Assembly: GCF_049243625.1 (NCBI RefSeq)
Contig: NZ_CP046975.1
Direction: 5' to 3' (one strand)
Length of the DNA stretch: 32,000 nucleotides
From: Corynebacterium amycolatum
Lineage (GTDB): Bacteria; Actinomycetota; Actinomycetes; Mycobacteriales; Mycobacteriaceae
In this document: positions 29,501-32,000 of the stretch, in pieces
Position numbering within the stretch: position 1 is the stretch's first letter
How the letters are laid out: the number at the start of each line of letters is the position of its first letter
Notes under the pieces: model-generated
What the model was told of the DNA's origin: nothing
Seen by the model: the letters and a program-made list of their open reading frames with translations, nothing else
Databases searched by the model: none
Made by a program: the position numbers and the translations under genes

Positions 29501-29560
29501 GACTGGCCGAGTGCGGACTGGCTGGGGGAGGACTGGCTGAGTGCAGACTGCCTGGGTGAG
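29501..29560 (+). repeat. Four tandem 15-bp direct repeats (or two 30-bp units)
   Basis: GACTGGCCGAGTGCG / GACTGGCTGGGGGAG / GACTGGCTGAGTGCA / GACTGCCTGGGTGAG. Read as 30-mers, the two units match at 26 of 30 positions. Confidence 0.9.
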
Positions 29561-29584
29561 GAACTTTCGGGCATAATCCTAAGT

Positions 29585-30298
29585 GTGTTATCGAAGATTA
29601 TTGGCGTCATCGGCGAGTTGCTCTTGACAGCTGGAGTGCTGGTGGCGCTCTTCGCCTTTTATCTGCTGTACTGGTCTGGTCTTGAGACCGGGAAAGCTCA
29701 GCAGCAGGCTCGTGATGAGCTGCAGCAGGCATGGTCCACACCGGCGTCGGCTCCAGCTCCGGCGCCAGAAGGCACGGAGCCAGCTGTTGAGGGCTCCTGG
29801 ATGCCTGGCTCCGCGGTGGCGTTGATTTCCGCTCCGAAGGCCGGTTTTAGCGATTTTGTCGTATTTGAAGGTGTCTCCCAGGAAGTTTTGCGCAGTGGCC
29901 CCGGCCATTATCCGGGCACAGCCCTGCCGGGGCAGGTGGGCAACAGCTCTTACGCCGCTCACCGTGATGGCCACGGAGCTCCCTTTGACAACATTGACCG
30001 CCTGCAGACGTGCGATGACATCACCGTAGAGACGCGTGATGCTATTTACCGCTACAAGGTATTGCCGGTCGACGGTATGGCTGGCGCAGGGGAAAGCTTC
30101 GACTGCGTGCCAGAAGGAACTAACGTCCCCGAGATTCCCGGCCAGCACATTGTCACTCCGGACCGGGCCGATGTCCTCAATCCGGTCGGTGACGCCACTC
30201 TACTTACGCTGACTACCTGCCATCCGCAGTGGGACAACACTCATCGGCTCATTATTCACGCGGTTCTCGCCGGTGTTGAGACCAAGGAGGTCAACTAG
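29585..30298 (+). CDS. Class E sortase (membrane-anchored transpeptidase)
   Basis: N-terminal anchor IGVIGELLLTAGVLVALFAFYLLYW, GPGHYPGTALPGQVGN, catalytic His in AAHRDGHGAPF, TLxTC motif (LLTLTTCHP), and conserved Arg in HRLIIHAVL. GTG start. A CATAAT -10-like box (29572-29577) lies 7 nt upstream, and there is no SD sequence. Confidence 0.88.
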   Translation: MLSKIIGVIGELLLTAGVLVALFAFYLLYWSGLETGKAQQQARDELQQAWSTPASAPAPAPEGTEPAVEGSWMPGSAVALISAPKAGFSDFVVFEGVSQEVLRSGPGHYPGTALPGQVGNSSYAAHRDGHGAPFDNIDRLQTCDDITVETRDAIYRYKVLPVDGMAGAGESFDCVPEGTNVPEIPGQHIVTPDRADVLNPVGDATLLTLTTCHPQWDNTHRLIIHAVLAGVETKEVN

Positions 30299-30451
30299 AT
30301 GTACGCAGCTTTTTGGCGATCCCTGCCAGGGCCGTGGTGGGTGAAAGCGATCATCACCATCGTGATTGCCGTCATCGTGTTCCTGCTGTTGATGAATTAC
30401 ATCTTTCCTTGGGCTGCTGAGCTAATTCCCTCAAATGATGTCTCACTCTAG
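30299..30451 (+). CDS. 50-aa single-pass membrane peptide, translationally coupled to the sortase
   Basis: Below the ORF-track size cutoff. The ATG at 30299 directly follows the sortase TAG (30296-30298), with AAGGAGG at 30284-30290. It reads [50 protein letters not shown]. Confidence 0.65.
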   Translation: MYAAFWRSLPGPWWVKAIITIVIAVIVFLLLMNYIFPWAAELIPSNDVSL

Positions 30452-30465
30452 TTATGCTGGTAGGC

Positions 30466-31809
30466 ATGACTGCTCAAACGAACGAAACTGCTAACACCAA
30501 TCAACAGGGCATTGCCGAGGATTCGGCTCTTAGCCCGGAGCGTGCTGCTGAGCGCGCCGAGGTTTTAGATAAGGCACAGCGTGCCAAGGCTGTCGCGGGA
30601 GAGCTGTCGCGCTTTACGTCGGCACGCAAGAACGAGCTCCTGCTGGCCGCAGCAGACGCGCTGGTTGCCCGTACTGAAGAGATTCTGGTGGCCAATGCCA
30701 AGGACATCGAGGCCGGTAAGACCCGTGGTTTTAGTGACTCCCTGCTGGATCGCCTGCGTCTTGACGCCGATCGTGTTGAGGGTATTGCCGGTGGGCTTCG
30801 TCAGGTTGCGGCTCTGCCGGATCCGGTAGGCGAGGTGCTGCGCGGAAGCACTCTTCCCAACGGCATTAAGCTCTCCCAGGTCAGCGTCCCGCTGGGTGTG
30901 ATGGGCATGGTCTACGAGGCTCGCCCGAACGTTACTGTCGATGCGTTTGGTCTGGCGCTGAAGTCGGGCAACGTGGCCTTGCTGCGCGGCTCCAAGTCCG
31001 CTGTCCATTCCAACACGCAGCTGGTCGCGGTTTTGCGTGAGGTGCTGGCCAACCACGATGCGCCGGAGGACCTTGTCCAGCTGCTGCCGTGTGAGACCCA
31101 CGATTCAGTGCAGGATCTCATCACAGCTCGCGGCCTGGTTGACGTGGTGATTCCGCGCGGCGGTGCCGGTTTGATTGAGGCCGTTGTGACGAAGGCAACG
31201 GTGCCGACCATCGAGACCGGTACCGGTAACTGCCACATCTACATCGATGCCTCCGCCGACGTTGACGAGGCGATTGCGCTGATGATTAACGGCAAGACCC
31301 GCCGTCCGAGCGTCTGTAACGCTACTGAAACGGTTCTCATTGACTCGGCGTTGTCCACGCAGGATCAGGTGCGCATTTTGGACGCGCTTGCCGACGCGGG
31401 GGTTGCGGTCCACGGCGATGTCGATAACCTGGCGGCCTCTGGGTGGACTGGTGAGGTTATTCCTGCGACGGCGGAAGACTGGTCGGATGAGTACCTCTCG
31501 CTAGACATTGCCGCGCGCATTGTCGACGGTGTGGTGGCCGCGACGGATCACATCACTGAGTACTCCTCGGGACACACGGAAGCTATCTCTGCACGTGACT
31601 GGGGAGTGTGCCAGGAGTTCGTCGACCGCGTTGATGCCGCCGCCGTCAGCGTCAATGCCTCCACTGCGTTCACCGATGGTGAGCAGTATGGTTTCGGCGC
31701 AGAGATTGGTATTTCCACTCAGAAGCTGCACGCCCGTGGCCCGATGGGGCTGCCGGAGTTGACCAGCAGCAAGTGGGTTCTGGCTGGTCGTGGACAGACT
31801 CGTCCGTAG
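30466..31809 (+). CDS. proA: Gamma-glutamyl phosphate reductase
   Basis: [43 protein letters not shown], and catalytic Cys in [14 protein letters not shown]. The start is ambiguous (ATG 30454 or 30466). Confidence 0.94.
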   Translation: MTAQTNETANTNQQGIAEDSALSPERAAERAEVLDKAQRAKAVAGELSRFTSARKNELLLAAADALVARTEEILVANAKDIEAGKTRGFSDSLLDRLRLDADRVEGIAGGLRQVAALPDPVGEVLRGSTLPNGIKLSQVSVPLGVMGMVYEARPNVTVDAFGLALKSGNVALLRGSKSAVHSNTQLVAVLREVLANHDAPEDLVQLLPCETHDSVQDLITARGLVDVVIPRGGAGLIEAVVTKATVPTIETGTGNCHIYIDASADVDEAIALMINGKTRRPSVCNATETVLIDSALSTQDQVRILDALADAGVAVHGDVDNLAASGWTGEVIPATAEDWSDEYLSLDIAARIVDGVVAATDHITEYSSGHTEAISARDWGVCQEFVDRVDAAAVSVNASTAFTDGEQYGFGAEIGISTQKLHARGPMGLPELTSSKWVLAGRGQTRP

Positions 31810-31830
31810 TGCCCAGGTAAAGTGCCAGTC

Positions 31831-32000
31831 ATGATTAAGCGCAAGAAAAGTGTGCGGTCGCGAGTACATGCCGCGTTGACAGCAAAGTCGGCGGAAGCGC
31901 CGCGGCAGCGCATTGGCGTGATGGGGGGCACTTTTGATCCCATCCACAATGGTCACCTGGTTGCCGCCAGCGAGGTGGCAGATCGTTTTGACCTCGACTT
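31831..32000 (+). CDS. nadD: Nicotinate-nucleotide adenylyltransferase; 3' end cut by the window edge
   Basis: Absent from the ORF track. ATG 31831 reads [56 protein letters not shown], which includes the (H/T)xGH nucleotidyltransferase motif [11 protein letters not shown]. Confidence 0.85.
   Translation, partial: MIKRKKSVRSRVHAALTAKSAEAPRQRIGVMGGTFDPIHNGHLVAASEVADRFDLD

Noticed and set aside
29501-29560. Possible CRISPR array
   Set aside because: The repeats are contiguous 15-mers with no spacers, too short and too few, and no cas genes are nearby. It is a simple tandem repeat.
29422-29610. 62-aa minus-strand ORF spanning the tandem repeats (SSPRQSALSQSSPSQSALGQS)
   Set aside because: It overlaps the proB stop and the sortase start and has no RBS. 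Its repetitive peptide is only the reverse-frame reading of the DNA repeat.

Overview
This 32 kb window is a largely conserved core-chromosome segment of a high-GC actinobacterium, most consistent with Corynebacterium or another member of Mycobacteriales. Gene content and order parallel, from memory, the M. tuberculosis Rv2470 to Rv2427c region: glbO, pepN, an Rv2466c-like DsbA-type reductase, rpiB, tRNA-Gly, tRNA-Pro, tig, clpP1, clpP2, clpX, a TetR regulator, mdh, valS, folC, a DUF4233-like gene, ndk, rne, rplU, rpmA, obg, proB, proA and nadD. Almost all long antisense ORFs in the track are GC-driven artefacts. Two edge genes (glbO, nadD) and one 50-aa membrane ORF are missing from the track and were read by hand. 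I do not see a clear new multi-gene system. The non-core or unexplained material is: (1) a class E sortase plus a coupled 50-aa membrane peptide between proB and proA, preceded by four in-frame 15-bp tandem repeats; (2) an orphan radical SAM/SPASM enzyme between the DsbA-like gene and rpiB; (3) a variable islet between rpiB and tig, holding a lower-GC DJ-1/PfpI gene, a membrane protein with an Asp/Gly/Phe tail, an excisionase-like HTH gene beside tRNA-Gly, and a 560-bp AT-richer ORF-poor spacer; (4) an 11-mer, CGTCGTAAAGC, found three times, always intergenic and on the + strand; (5) a very large RNase E with a reiterated RRAVR motif; (6) several candidate regulatory sites. No BLAST, HMM or folding computation was possible, so all family calls rest on motifs and remembered homolog sequences.
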